Assembly: GCA_965287045.1 (NCBI GenBank)
Contig: OZ336880.1
Span: 49,600,001-49,664,000 of the forward strand
Origin: Carcharhinus amblyrhynchos
Taxonomy: Eukaryota
DNA length: 64,000 bases
Direction: 5' to 3'
Below the pieces are notes generated by a model. The model saw only the letters and a program-made list of their open reading frames with translations. It made no database searches and was not told the origin of the DNA. Every line of letters begins with the position of its first letter. The first letter of the stretch is position 1. Shown one piece after another: positions 25,890 to 38,845 of the stretch. The translations under genes were made by a program, and so were the position numbers.

Positions 25890-27800
25890 GGAACATACAA
25901 CATAGAACATAGAACATTACAGCACAGAACAGGCCCTTCGGCCCACGATGTTGCGCCGACCAGCTTTTAAAAAAAAACAACACTAACCCACTAATCTAAA
26001 CCAATCCCATTTCGTCCATAAACCTATCCACAGATCTCTTAAACGCCCCCAAACTAGGCGCATTTACAACTGCAGCTGGCAGGGCATTCCAGTCCCTCAC
26101 CACCCTCTGGGTAAAGAACCTACCCCTGACATCAGTCCTATAACTACCCCCCCTTAATTTAAAGCCGTGCCCCCTCGTGCTAGCTTTCTCCATCAGAGGA
26201 AAAAGGCTATCACTATCCACCCTGTCTAAACCTCTAATCATCTTATATGTTTCAATAAGGTCCCCTCTTAGCTGCCTTCTTTCCAGCGAAAACAACCCCA
26301 AATCTCTCAGTCTCTCCTCATAGGATCTCCCCTCCATACCAGGCAACATCCTGGTAAACCTCCTCTGCACCCTCTCCAAAGCCTCCACATCCTTCCTGTA
26401 ATGTGGGGACCAGAACTGCACACAATACTCCAAGTGCGGCCGCACCAGAGTTGTGTACAGTTGCATCATGACGCTGCGACTCCTAAATTCAATCCCCCTA
26501 CCAATAAACGCCAAGACACCGTATGCCTTCTTAACAACCTTATCTACTTGATTTCCAACTTTCATGGATCTATGTACACATACACCTAGATCCCTCTGCT
26601 CCTCCACACTATTCAAAGTCCTCCCGTTAGGCCTATACTCAACACATCTGTTATTCCTACCGAAATGAATTACCTCACACTTCTCCACATTAAACTCCAT
26701 CCGCCACCTCGCGGCCCAGCTCTGCAACCTTTCTAAGTCACCCTGCAAACTATGACACCCTTCCTCACAATCTACCACACCTCCGACTTTGGTGTCATCA
26801 GCAAACTTACTAATCCACCCAACTATACCCTCATCCAGATCATTAATAAAAATTACAAACAGCAGTGGCCCCAAAACAGATCCCTGAGGCACACCACTCG
26901 TAACCGAACTCCATGACGAATATTTACCATCAACCACCACCCTCTGTCTCCTATCTGCTAGCCAATTCCTGATCCAATTACCTAGATCACCCCCAATCCC
27001 ATACATCTGCATTTTCTGCAGAAGCCTACCATGGTGAACCTTATCAAATGCCTTACTAAAATCCATATACACCACGTCAACTGCCTTACCCCTATCCACC
27101 TCTTTGGTCACTTTCTCAAAGAACTCGATAAGGTTAGTAAGGCACGACCTACCCGCTACAAAACCATGCTGACTGTTTCTAATCAATTCATTACTCTCCA
27201 AATAACTATAAATCCTGTCTCTAATAATCCTTTCCAAAACCTTACCCACCACAGAAGTAAGACTCACCGGTCTATAATTCCCAGGGAAGTCTCTGCTCCC
27301 CTTCTTAAACAATGGGACAACATTTGCTGTCCTCCAATCTTCTGGTACTATACCAGAGACCAACGACGACCTGAAGATCAGAGCCAGAGGCTCTGCAATC
27401 ACCTCTCTTGCCTCCCAGAGAATCCTAGGGTAAATCCCATCCGGACCAGGGGACTTATCTATTTTCAAACCCTCTAGAATATCCAGCACATCCCCCGTAT
27501 CAACTGCAATACTATCTATTTTACACCCCTGCACCCCAGTGTCCTCCTCAGCTACATTCATGTCCCCTTGCGTGAACACCGAAGAGAAATATTGGTTCAA
27601 CGCCTCTCCAATCTCCTCCGGTTCCACACACAACTTCCCTCTACTGTCTGTAACTGGCCCTAATCTTGCCCTAACCAACCTTCTGTTCTTGACATACCTG
27701 TAAAACGCCTTAGGGTTCTCCTTAATCCTATCAGCCAAAGTCATCTCATGTCCTCTTTTAGCCCTTCTCAACTCCCTCTTCAACTCCCTCCTAGCCAATT
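25890..27800 (-). mobile_element. Young 5'-truncated CR1 LINE with an uninterrupted 600-codon ORF2 segment (RT)
   Basis: ORF 25996-27798: [55 protein letters not shown]; (catagaa)n tail. Confidence 0.96.
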
Positions 27801-27817
27801 AACCATTAATAGCCAAT

Positions 27818-28268
27818 TAGCTATGAGGAGAGGCTGGAGAAACTTGGTTTGTTCTCACTGGAACGACAGAGGTTGAGGGGCGACCTGATAGAAGTCTACA
27901 CAATTATGAGGAGCCTGGACAGAGTGGATAGTCAGAAGCTTCTTCCCAGGATGGAAGAATCAATTACTTGGGGACACAGGTTTAAGGTGTGAGGGGAAAG
28001 GTTTAAAGGAGATACAAACAAATGATCTAGTTGGACCAATGAGTGGCACAGGCTTGGCGGGCCGAAGGGCCTGTTTCCTGTGCTGTACTGTTCTTTGTTC
28101 CTTGAGACGTACGAGGCAGATTTTTTACACAGAGTGGTGGGTGCCTGGAACTCGTTGTTGGGAGAGGTAGTGCAAGTGGATACAGTTTTGACTGTTGAGG
28201 GGCATCTTGACAAATACATGAGTAGGATGGAAATGGAGGGATATGGTCCCCGGAAGGGTTTTAGTTAA
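27818..28268 (+). mobile_element. CR1 3' fragment with permuted segment order
   Basis: Same family as 11066-11512, but the terminal tail (~28029-28104) precedes the penultimate segment (~28105-28266). Confidence 0.8.
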
Positions 28269-28547
28269 GTATTCAAATAACATCCCAGAACTAAAGATGC
28301 ATCAAGAGGTGAAAGGGAGGGACTTAAAACAATTACAATCACCAGGGAAAGAGTACTGAGAAAATTATTGGAACTAAAAGCTGACAAATCCCCAGGTCCT
28401 GATGGACTTCACTCTGGGGTCTTAAAAGAAATTGCTGCAGAGATAGTAGATGCACTGGTTTTAGTTTTCCCAGAATTTCCTGGATTCTGGAAAGGTACCA
28501 TTAGATTAGAAAATAGTGAATGTAACTCTTGCATTCAAGATGGGAAT

Positions 28548-28900
28548 TCACAGAATTCCAACAGTGCAGAAGATGCCCATTTGGCCCATTAAGTCTGCAC
28601 CCACTCTTCAAAGAACATCTTACCCAAGCCCACCCTCCTGCTCTAGCCCCGTAACTCGGCACATTTAACATGGCCAATACTCTTAACCAAAACAACTTTG
28701 GACACTAAGAGATAATTTATCATGGCCAAACCACCTAACTTGCACATCTTCGGACTGTGGGAGGATACCAGAGCACCAGAGGAAACCAACACTGACACAG
28801 GGAGAATGTGCAAACTCACATCGACAGTCACTCAAGGCTGGAATTGAATCCAGATCCCAGATGTTGTGAGACAGCAGTGCTAACCACTGTGCTGCCACAT
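28548..28900 (-). mobile_element. HE1-like V-SINE
   Basis: cagcagtgctaaccactgtgctgcc head, V-domain, CR1-type tail. Confidence 0.82.
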
Positions 28901-29579
28901 GCTGTCTCTTAGAGAGACAGAGGCAGGAAATTATGAGCCAGTTAGCGGACCATCTTTCATACAGAAGATGCTGGAATCTATTATTAAGGAGGTTATGGTG
29001 GGACACTGAAAATCTCAGTGCAATCAGGCAGAGTCAATATGGTTTTGTGACAAGAAAATCATGTTGATAATTTAGTAGAGTTCAATGTGGAAGTCACAAT
29101 AAACATGGATAAAGGGGAACCTGTGGATGTGGTGTACTTACATTTTCAGAAAACATTTGACATTATGCCATTTCAAAGGTTACAACATGTAAGAAGAGCT
29201 CATGGGATAGGGAGTAATATATTAGCATGGGCAGAGGATTGGTTAGCCAACAAGAAACAGAAATAAGCATATATGGGTTGTTAAGATCTAATGAGTGGAG
29301 TGCCATAGTAATCAGTGCTGGGCCTCAACTACTTAGTTACTCGATGACAGGATTGACTGTATGGTTGCTAAATTTGCTGCTGACACAACGATGGATAAAA
29401 AAAATTGTGAGGAGTACAAAAGGAGTCTGCAAAAGGATATAGATACATCAACTGAGTGGGCAAGAATTTAGCAGATGGAATAAAATGTGAACTTGCCCAT
29501 TTTGGCAGGAAGAGTAAAAAAAAACAGCATGTTATTTAAATGGGGGGAGAGATTACAGAACTGAGGTAGAGTTCTAACC

Positions 29580-30480
29580 CCCCAAAAGTGCATGTTACAC
29601 TGCTGGGAGCTGCCTTGAATCAATCTTGGGGCGTCAATCTGGTCAGCTGAATTTATACACCTGTTTTCACAGCCCATAAGCACCATATTGTCTCCAACTA
29701 TTTCTCCTCCTCTGGTTGTAAATTTGCCTTTGGTGAACCCCAGTAGTGTACCTAGATCCACTCTGCAATTTCTACACAACATGCCTACTTTTTGCCCCTG
29801 TTCAGAAGCATTGGATCAGTTTTTACATTGATGCTGATAATATCCCAGCTGTCTGCCCCAAAAGCTGCTCATCCAAATCAAGACATGGATGGGCCAAAGA
29901 TTTTTTCCTCAAGATTGATAAAAGTGGAGCCAGCATGCCTGGCTGTATCTTTATGCCCCTGGCCTTGCTTCTACTGACCTCACAATTCCCATTGCTTCCC
30001 TCCATCCTTCCACTTTTGCCACCAAAATCATAATCTATAGCTTTAACACTTTAAAAGCTAATGTTTCAAATGCTTCTTGGCTGATCTTTCTGCATATGTC
30101 TTCACAAGTTTCAATTTGTTCAAAACAGCTGCCCACATCCTCACCTGTTCTAAACCCCACAATTGCACTTCTCCAACTTACATTTACTTCTCAGATCCAG
30201 TGAGTTGAACTTTAATATCCATCCTTATTTTCATATTTCTCTATCTCTTCTGCTTACTATCCCTTACTTTAGGTATATCTTCCAATCTTATGTCCTTCTG
30301 ATTCTCTAATACCAGGCTTTTAGTCCCCTGCTTATTCTGGCACAATTGTGATGGCAGCCTGCTTATTCACTCCACTCCTGCCCTCTGAAACTCGTAACAC
30401 CCACCGTCTAGTTCCATCCACCTTGCCAATTCCTACTTTGTGTTCAAAGACATTCTTCGTTTCACCAATACCTTAGTTGC
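29580..30480 (+). mobile_element. Old L2-type LINE remnant
   Basis: atcagtttttacattgatgctgataatatcccagc (YADD-like), cttgttcaaaacagctgcc-like motif. Confidence 0.5.
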
Positions 30481-31282
30481 TTTTCCCTTCTTGCTTATCA
30501 TTCACTATTCCCTCCCCATAACGGTAGTTGGTTTGAGCTGTGCTCCTGCATACGCTGGAGAAGTACGAGGGTTTGACGGTGCCCTCATTGAAATGTTTTG
30601 CATCCAATTATGGAGAATGTAGTTTAAAGAGTGCTTTGTGTAATTTCCATCCAAAATAAAATTCATGTTTCTGGCGATTGTAGAATATATCTGGAATGCA
30701 ATACAGTATCCAACTATAAGAAAATGTTACCAATTGAGGACAAATAATGGAAAGGCAGTTACAAGCAGTTACAATCATTCTTGCAGTAATCAAAGAGAGG
30801 AAGCTTTCATCTCAACAACCTCCACAAATTCAGGCAGCAGACATGAAACGATTATGTTCAAAATTGCTTCCACACTTATTGGTTGATTGTATTTTTACTG
30901 TGTGCTGTATGCGTATAAACTGAACAGCTTTAAAGCAGCAATCCAACTCACATACTGCATTCTTTTTCTCTAATAATTGATATAGTAGCTTTTCCCAATG
31001 TCAAATTGATAAACTTAATAATAAGAATTTGTGAATGAATTTTAACAGCAACTGATTTCTGAAATCAATGAGAGTATAGTTTAGGAGCTTTGAATGCTAC
31101 AATCTATTCATATCACTATTTTCAAATTATCTACTCTTCATGATGTCTGAACCTGTCACATCAATGCATATTTATTTTATAAGTTCTAATTTATGTAAAT
31201 ATTGGTCATTTTGAAGCTAAAAATGCTTATTCTACATAGACTAACTAGCATCAGGGAGGAAGTATATTTTACCAAATTGACC

Positions 31283-31552
31283 AAGTGGCACAGTAGTTAC
31301 CACTACTGCCTCACATCACCCAAGACCCAGGTTCGATTCCCGTCATGAGTCACTGTCTGTGTGGAGTCTGCATGTTCTCCCTGTATCTGCGTGGGTTTCT
31401 TCCAGGTGCTCCGATTTCCTTCCACAGTCTGAAAGACACGCTGGTTAGGTGCATTGACCTGAACAGGTGCCAGAATGTGGCGACTAGAGGAATTTCACAG
31501 TAACTTCATTGCAGTGATAATATATGCCTTACTTATGACGAATAAAGAAACT
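31283..31552 (+). mobile_element. V-SINE type B
   Basis: HE1 head with B box ggttcgattccc; tail aacttcattgcagtgataatatatgccttacttatgacgaataaa. Confidence 0.8.
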
Positions 31553-31694
31553 TGCTTTCTTTTCCATGTTATATTAAATACTCCACTCCCAAATTCATAA
31601 ACATTTATATCTGTGTCAATGGTAGCTATATTAACCAGGATAACAGTCAAAGTGAAAATTGTTAAATTGCTACTGTGAGAACATGCTGTGTGAC

Positions 31695-31920
31695 CATAGA
31701 ATCAACAGTACAGAAGGCGGCCATTTGGCCCATTGAGACAGCACTGACCAGGCCCTCTCCCTTTAACCCTATATATTTACCCTCCTAATCCCCAACCCTA
31801 AGGAGCAATTCAGCACGGCCAATCAACCGAGCCTGCACATCTTTGGACTGTGGGAGGAAATGAGAGCACCCAGAGGAAATCCATGCAGACACGAGGAGAA
31901 TGTGCAAACTCCACACAGAC
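31695..31920 (-). mobile_element. HE1-like V-SINE, 5'-truncated
   Basis: catagaatcaacagtacagaaggcggccatttggccc tail; V-domain. Confidence 0.82.
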
Positions 31921-33739
31921 TGATGATCACAGACAATGCTTAAGGATAATAACAAAGCAATTATTTTATATTGTATAGATTAGGAAGGAATCTGGTTTAA
32001 TGGCAATGTAGAAAATTCCTGCTCTCCAAAACAAGCATAAGCTCACATTAAAGTTCGCAGATATTACACTTTGTTGGCCTTTCTACTATTTTGTCCATGC
32101 TGTTTTGCCAGCATTTTACATTACATCACTGGCATGCTTTAACAGCAGGCTGGCTCATTAAATAACATCCTCATTGCATTCCTCAGTTAGTCCATATGGT
32201 GATAAAGGAAGTTTACACAGTATGCTTAAAATGTGACAATTTTGTCCTGATGGTACCTACAAATTACACTTTGCATCCACTGTTTTGTCTGGCTAACTGG
32301 ATTCCCTGCTGACAAAAATTGGATTATGGATCCCCATTAGAAAATTATTAATCTTTGGATTTAATAAAAACAAATCAGAGTCAGTGTTTGGGTTGATAAT
32401 TGAAAAAAAAGTTACATTTAGACTAATATATACATTATTTACCCTAATGAATATTAATGATTTTTAGCAACTTTCCTCCACAATTTGAGGAGAATGATAA
32501 AAGTACAAAATCATTCACGTGCTGTTTAGTAGGTCCTGAAAGGTCTAACATATAAGCATCCCCTTCAGGAAACATGTAGGACTTTACCTTTTATGCTTAA
32601 GTAAGTTCTTGGCACCAGGGATATGAAGGCATTCTTTGTGCCTAGTGTTGTGCAGATGCCCATTCCCCTTTGAATTACCATTTCTGATGGATAAAAAGGA
32701 GCAGGATGTAGTATATTTAGTATTGCCCTAAATTGTGCCTTTTCACCGCAGACCCATAGAATTTGGGGACATAATAGTACCTAAATTATATAGTTGCTAA
32801 ACCATTCATCGATATTATTTAGCACAGCTACTAAATGGTTAAAACTCATTCTGATTGTAGTACAATGACAATATGCCTTTGGACTCTCACAGGCTGTATA
32901 ATTATATAATTACTGCTTTCATTACAGCTAACCAGTCCCATTAATTTGCTGGATTAACCGCAGCAGTTCTCCATTCTCCATTCACAAGTTCTCCATAAAA
33001 TTAAATGTTATTTTTAACAGGAATTTCTTAAGAAAGCAGTGTCCAAAAAGTTCCAGTCAAAGGACACAATCCATAAAATACTCAATTGAAGATATCCCCA
33101 GTATGAGTGAGTAAGAATTCTAAAAGCAACTGTCTCCTTATAAAATGCTTCTTTCATTTCATCTGCCAATGTTTTATTACAAAAGGTTTTAACAACATAG
33201 ACCAATTGGAATCTGAGGAGATAACTTATCTTTAAAATTCTGTCTTGAATAACTCATGAAATGAGTTAAATATGACCTACTATTTACAGGCAATAAATTT
33301 CTTGTTTCTTCTGTCAAGTATTAACATGAATACTGAAATTCAACTACTGCTGCAATCATGCCTGGTTTGTCAATTAACAGTCGACAAAGACAAAAATAAA
33401 ACACTGTTCTTTCACCCTTGCAAGCATTTGTTAAACACTGGCCTTGAATTTATGTCTGGTTCTCCTGATCCTCTGTTGTAACTTGCTGTGGGAAATCAGC
33501 AGGGAAACATAATTTATGCTTTTATTAGGGAGCTCCACACAGCTCCCAGCAGAGACTATTCCAGTCAGTTATATACACTGGAAACAGCAGCTACAAAAAT
33601 CCCAGTTGTGTGATGAATCACAGGGTTTCCAAACAAAGTGAATGTTTATTTGTTTTGTTCAAATTGCAAAGATGTACAGTTTTAATACAAACATATTCAT
33701 CTTTAAATAAACTTGATAAATAAAGAAAAATATAAAGAT

Positions 33740-34160
33740 TTTGTATTTATGTAGCACATTTGATGATCTTAGGTGTCCCAAAGTGCTTTTCAGGGTATCA
33801 AGTACCTTTAAAATGTTGACATTGTAGTAATGCAAGTCAGATGGCAGCTAATTTGAAAACAGTAAGAAGTCTCAACACCAGGTTAAAGTCCAACAGGTTT
33901 ATTTGGAATCACGAGCTTTCAGACCGCTGCTCCTTCTTCAGGTGAGGAAGGAGTTCACCTGAGGAAGGAACAGTAGTCCAAAAGCTCGTGATTCCAAATA
34001 AACCTGTGGGACTTTAACTTGGTGTTGTGAGACTCCTTACTGTGTCCACCCCAGCCCAATGCTGGCATCTCCACAATTTGGAAACTGTAAGGTACTACAA
34101 ACAGCAATCTAGATAAGCTGTTATGATGTTGAAAGATAAATATTTCAAGGAGACCGGGTC
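33740..34160 (-). mobile_element. DeuSINE remnant interrupted by a Penelope-like fragment
   Basis: atttatgtagcac...gtcccaaagtgctttt...atggcagctaatttg | resumes tactacaaacagcaat...ttgaaagataaatatt. Confidence 0.6.
33859..34074. mobile_element. Penelope-like inverted terminal repeat (~87-bp arms, 9-nt spacer)
   Basis: 33859-33945 is the reverse complement of 33955-34043; flanking duplication aatttgaaa/aatttggaa. Confidence 0.82.
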
Positions 34161-34559
34161 ATTTTTCAATTAAACAGCCCATACAAACTACCCATTCCCC
34201 AATCTCGGCCGCCATTATGTTTAGATATCATTAAGCCTTTAAGCTCCTTCATCAACATTGGCTCTTATCTCAGCAGCCTGTGGATGTGATTAAATTTTAC
34301 GTTTTTGCATTCAGTGTAAAGCTCAGTCCCAGAATATCCTGTTAATGGCCTAGGATAAGAAATAGTGGTGCTCCTAGGTTTAGACAGGAATAGTGTACTC
34401 CAGATCATGTCCAACTCTGGGGCAGGGGTGAGAAAGGGTCAGGGAAATCAGTTCAGTTCTTTTTTGTCAGTTAACCATCTGATAACCGTGAAAACCAAAG
34501 AACTCTCCCTGCATGACACAAAGTGAACAAACTTGCTAACTTGAGATGCTCCAAAAGCA

Positions 34560-35110
34560 CAAGTTTTACAGACAGGAGTAACACTGGTGATGGGTAAAGG
34601 CAATGGTGAACAAGAAAATGGATTGTCATCTGAGGGACAACAAGACTGGTGGAAAATTCAGAACAATTACACCCAGATCAACTTAAGCTCTCTTACAGAT
34701 TTAAAGCTGCAGGTTCTCATGGGGATATTAAGGACTCTGGACTATTGAATAAAATATCAGTGGGACCATGCAAACAGTGGGTCAAAGGGAGGACACGGTG
34801 ATTACTGAGGACTGCAATCTCAATAAAGGTTGACAGTCCTGCACACTTTGTTGCCTTACAGTTACGAAGTTAAGAAACATATGCACAAGCTAGAAAATCT
34901 CTTGCACATAGTGGGAGAGTAACCAGTCATTCGTCGCGAGTGCCCACGCCAACAGGAAGCCTGGAGTGTTGGGCCATTTAGGACCAGAGCTGCCCAAGGT
35001 CATCCTGCAAGGCTACTTGCTGTCTTTTCCAGTGAAAGTCAGCAGCACTGGGGTAGGACTGCATAGGTGCACAAGGACAGGCAAAGGTACTTGCAAGACA
35101 AGTATAAAGG
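34560..35110 (+). mobile_element. Highly degraded CR1 ORF1 (esterase) remnant
   Basis: ctttgttgccttacag...ctagaaaatctcttg...ggagagtaaccagtcatt resembles LCCLPGA..RLE.LL..GE.PVI. Confidence 0.45.
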
Positions 35111-35126
35111 GAATGTATAAAGGATA

Positions 35127-35648
35127 AAGGATATTTTGGCCTTGGAGGGAGTGCAGAGGAGGTTTACTAGGCTGATACTGGAGTTGAGGGGGTTGAGCTA
35201 TGAGGAGAGGCTGAATATACTAGGCTTGTACTCGTTAGAGTTTAGAAGAATGAGGGGAGATCTCATTGAGACGTATAAGATGATGAATGGGATGGATAGG
35301 ATAGAGGTGGAGAGGCTCTTCCCGCTCAGAAAGGACAGTAGGACTAGGGGGCACAGCCTCAAGATAAAGGGGGGGCGGTTTAGAACGGAGTTGAGGAGGA
35401 ACTTCTTCACTCAAAGGGTGGTGAATCTATGGAATTCTCTGCCCGTTGAGGTGGTGGAGGCTGCCTCGCTAAATATTTTTAAGACGTGGGTTGATGGGTT
35501 TTTGATAAGCGAGGGGATTAAGGGTTATGGGGAGAGGGCGGGAATGTGGAACTGAGCCACGACAGATCAGCCATGATCTTATTGAATGGCGGGGCAGGCT
35601 CGAAGGGCTGGATGGCCTACTCCTGCTCCTATTTCTTATGCTCTTATG
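35127..35648 (+). mobile_element. Young CR1 3' fragment
   Basis: 139-aa ORF LEGVQRRFTRL...RRMRGDLIETYK; cctatttcttatg tail; near-identical to the reverse complement of 60716-61237. Confidence 0.93.
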
Positions 35649-35921
35649 AATGAACAGAATGATTGATTGATGTTTGTACAGAATGTAGCATGCTTTGATT
35701 TTTTATACTTACATTGGTTTAGAATGGTCAATTATGGTAGCCTTTATTTTCTATGTTGGCCAGTGTAATGGTCAGTGACAGAGGGAATGTTGTGTGGAAC
35801 TATTGATGAATTAGGGTTAAGGAGTTAGTAGGATGGGGAGATTAGAGCAACCAGACAGTCTGCGTTGGCTGATCTGTTCCATTCCTCTTCCTCCTGCTCA
35901 GCTTCTTTCCAGAATTTTGTT

Positions 35922-36930
35922 TTTAATCATTCATGAGTCGTGGGTGTTGCTGACTAGGCCAGCATTTATTACTCATCCCTAATTGTCCTTGAGAAGGTGG
36001 TGGTGAGCTGCTTTCTTGAACTGCTGCATTCCATGTTGTGTAGGTGTATTCACAGTCTGTTAGGGAGGAAGTTCTGGGATTTTGCCCCAGCAAAAGTGAA
36101 GGAATGGTAATATATTTCCAATTTAGGATTGTGTGTGGCTTTGAGGGGAATTTCCAGATGGTGATGTTCCCATGTGTCTGCTGCCCTTGTCCTTCTGGAT
36201 GGAAAACAATGGAACTTGATGTGTTCCTGCACTGCATCCTGTAGATCGCACATGCTGTTACTACTGTGTGTTGGTGATGGAGTAACTGAATGTTTGTGGA
36301 AGTGGTGCCAATCAAGTGGGCTGCTTTGTCCTTCATAGTGTCAAGTGTCTTGAATGTTATTGGAAGGAGAGTGTATGCTATCACACTCCTGACTTGTGCC
36401 TTGTATATGGTGGGCAGCCTTTGGGGAATCAGGTGGTGAGTTACTCATCACATGATTTTTAGCTTCTGACCTGTTCACGGCCAAATTATTTATTTGGCTC
36501 ATCCAGTTCACTTTCTGGTCAATGGTAATCACCAATATGTTGATGGTGAGGGAATTCAGCAATGTGCTTTGTTTTTGGTAATGTCATTGAATGTCTAGGG
36601 GAGGTAGTTAGATTCTATCTTGGTCATTCCCAGGCACTTGTATGTGAAAGTTATGTGTCACTTGCCAGTGCAAGCCTGGATATTGTTCAGGTCTTGCTGC
36701 ATTTGGACACGGACTGCATCAGTATCTAAAGAATCACGAATGATGCTGAATATTGTGCAGTCATCTTTTTGATCTTATGAGTGGAAGGAAGGTCTTTGAT
36801 GAAACAGCTGAAGATAGTATGGTCTAGGACACTGCCCTGAGGAACTCCTGCAGTAATGTCCTGGACATGAGATGAATGACCTCCAATCACCACAACCACC
36901 TTCCTTTGTGCTAAGTATAACTCCAACTCC
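35922..36930 (-). mobile_element. CR1-group LINE 3' portion
   Basis: GVPQGSVL; same family as 13712, 54920 and 58640. Confidence 0.82.
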
Positions 36931-36934
36931 AAGA

Positions 36935-37780
36935 ACTGTTGTCAAGGGCTGTGCTTGCATGATGCTGAAGTTGTTCAATATGTAACAGATCACCACATAC
37001 CTTCAGTCAAGATACTGCAGTTCTCCTATAGTGTGGCCCAGACAATGGTGTCCTAATGATTTGCTCTATCACATTTTGCGTAGCAGCATGGCTTTCATTA
37101 TTTGCTGTCTTTAATCACATGGGTTATAACCTGGAGTCAGGAGCCATATCATCAGCAGATGATCTTTGTGATTCACAAACCATCCTCTGGTTGTTTTATA
37201 CCAGCTCAAAAGAAGATGGCGCAGTGGATTGCCATGGAATGCTGGCATCATGACTCCTTTGGCATATCAGGCATTAACCTGTTTGATTGATACATTGCAT
37301 ATGATTGCACACCAGCCGGTCACAGCAGGCAAGGAATCCCTTATGTTTGAAGTACATCTTAGCATTTGGATGTGATTCACAAAGTGACATGTGTGCATCC
37401 TGCATCACAAAGAAACTGTAAGCTCACCCTGCCTGCTCCTTTCTGGTAAGAGCGAACAAAATGACTACTGCTGTCTTGGAATACCGAACCAATACAACGT
37501 TGAGTAAAGTGTGAGATGTTGTAAATAACACCTGTTCCAGCCTGGAAGAAACCCAACACAAAGAAGTTCAAGGGTCATGTGACCCTCACAGCCACAGGCT
37601 GCAACAAGATGCGGATTTCAGCATTTCACACTGGTTAACGTGACAACGTGCCTACTCTGCATTCTCCTGACAGACTCTCCCAGATGCTCACTAATGCCCT
37701 CACCACAATGATGTTAAGTGCAGCTTTCACCAGAACAGCACGCATATGCCACAGATGTCACTTGAGGGAAAATGGCACCT
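36935..37780 (-). mobile_element. Degraded PIF/Harbinger (HARBI1-like) transposase remnant
   Basis: LNFF..GFFQAGTG..I..ISH, CTHV, SHDA, SHAATQNVIEQ.IG, GELQY, LNN-like motifs in the expected order. Confidence 0.68.
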
Positions 37781-38845
37781 CTGTTTTGAATTTTGTGGTC
37801 AAAATATTTCAACTGTTAGAGGATCTGAGGAAATAAAACTAACCAGAAGAAACTAGAAGTGAAGAGGGAAGTAGGCAAGGATGATAGTCAAGCAGGATTT
37901 TGACAAGGGGGTACAGAATTGAAGAATATGGTAAGATTGCAACTAAGGAAGCAGATAACGTAAGACAAAAACACTTATGGGAGTTGCTTCAAGAAAAAGA
38001 AAAGACAATTAAAACGAGCAGAGTGTAGCAACTATGGCAAGACTGGAAGCGATCTCTTTATAAGAAATCTAGACTTAATATTGACAGAAACCTTGTTGCA
38101 AATCCACTGAGTGTTGTTTTCTTCTAGTAAGGCTCCATATTTTTCCTTTCAGTGGGTTATTTTCTGTTATTCATCAGTTGTACCACTCAAAAGCTTTCTC
38201 CCAGTTTTGATTTTCTCCTCAAATCATATTTCACCCCAAAAATCTTCAAGATGTAATTGCAATGATAGTTCCTCATTCACCTCACTATGATGCCCAAAAA
38301 TAAAAATTCACATACACAATTACTAGCCACCTGTTATAATATTTACTGAATGCAAAATGATCATTATACCCGTTGCCTTTAGTCTTTACTTTGATTATGC
38401 AACTTCCCAAGGCCTCACCCCTCCCTCTCTCTGAAAGCTGCTCCAGTACTACAACATTCAAAGTTGTCCACACTGCTTTAATTTTTACTTCTTAAACATG
38501 ACTGATTTTGATTGCTCCACCATAGATTGTCATGCCTCCAGTTGTCTAGGCTCTAAGCTCTAAAGTCCCCTCACTAAACCTCACTGCCTCTCTCCCCTCC
38601 TTTGAGAACCTCCTTAAAAAATTCTTATTTGGCCAGCCTTCTGATCACATATCCTGATTGTTCATATGCGGATAATACTCCAAGTGCGTTGGGGTGCTTA
38701 TTATGTTAATGGTATATAAAGATGTAGGTTGTTGTTACATATCATTGAATAACGCTTCTTTGAAAGGCAGAGATTAAGAGATTCCATTAGTGAAGCAAAA
38801 GGTGATTTACTTTTCAGTGGTCAGATAAATTAAACCTATACCTGT

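Larger units (their letters stand above)
22420..29570 (+). mobile_element. Old, near-full-length CR1 LINE (5'UTR, ORF1, ORF2) hosting nested insertions
   Basis: ORF1 remnants (C..MWE..., DSIVRG..LCG..RESRRLCC esterase), endonuclease (GGGVALLI, IIMGDFNL), RT (KSPGPDGLHSGVLKEIA, aaatttgctgctgacac). Confidence 0.8.

Noticed and set aside
25996-27798. 600-aa ORF as a host gene or retron-like reverse transcriptase
   Set aside because: Typical CR1 ORF2 C-terminal half, 5'-truncated, with a CR1 3' tail and many relatives in the window
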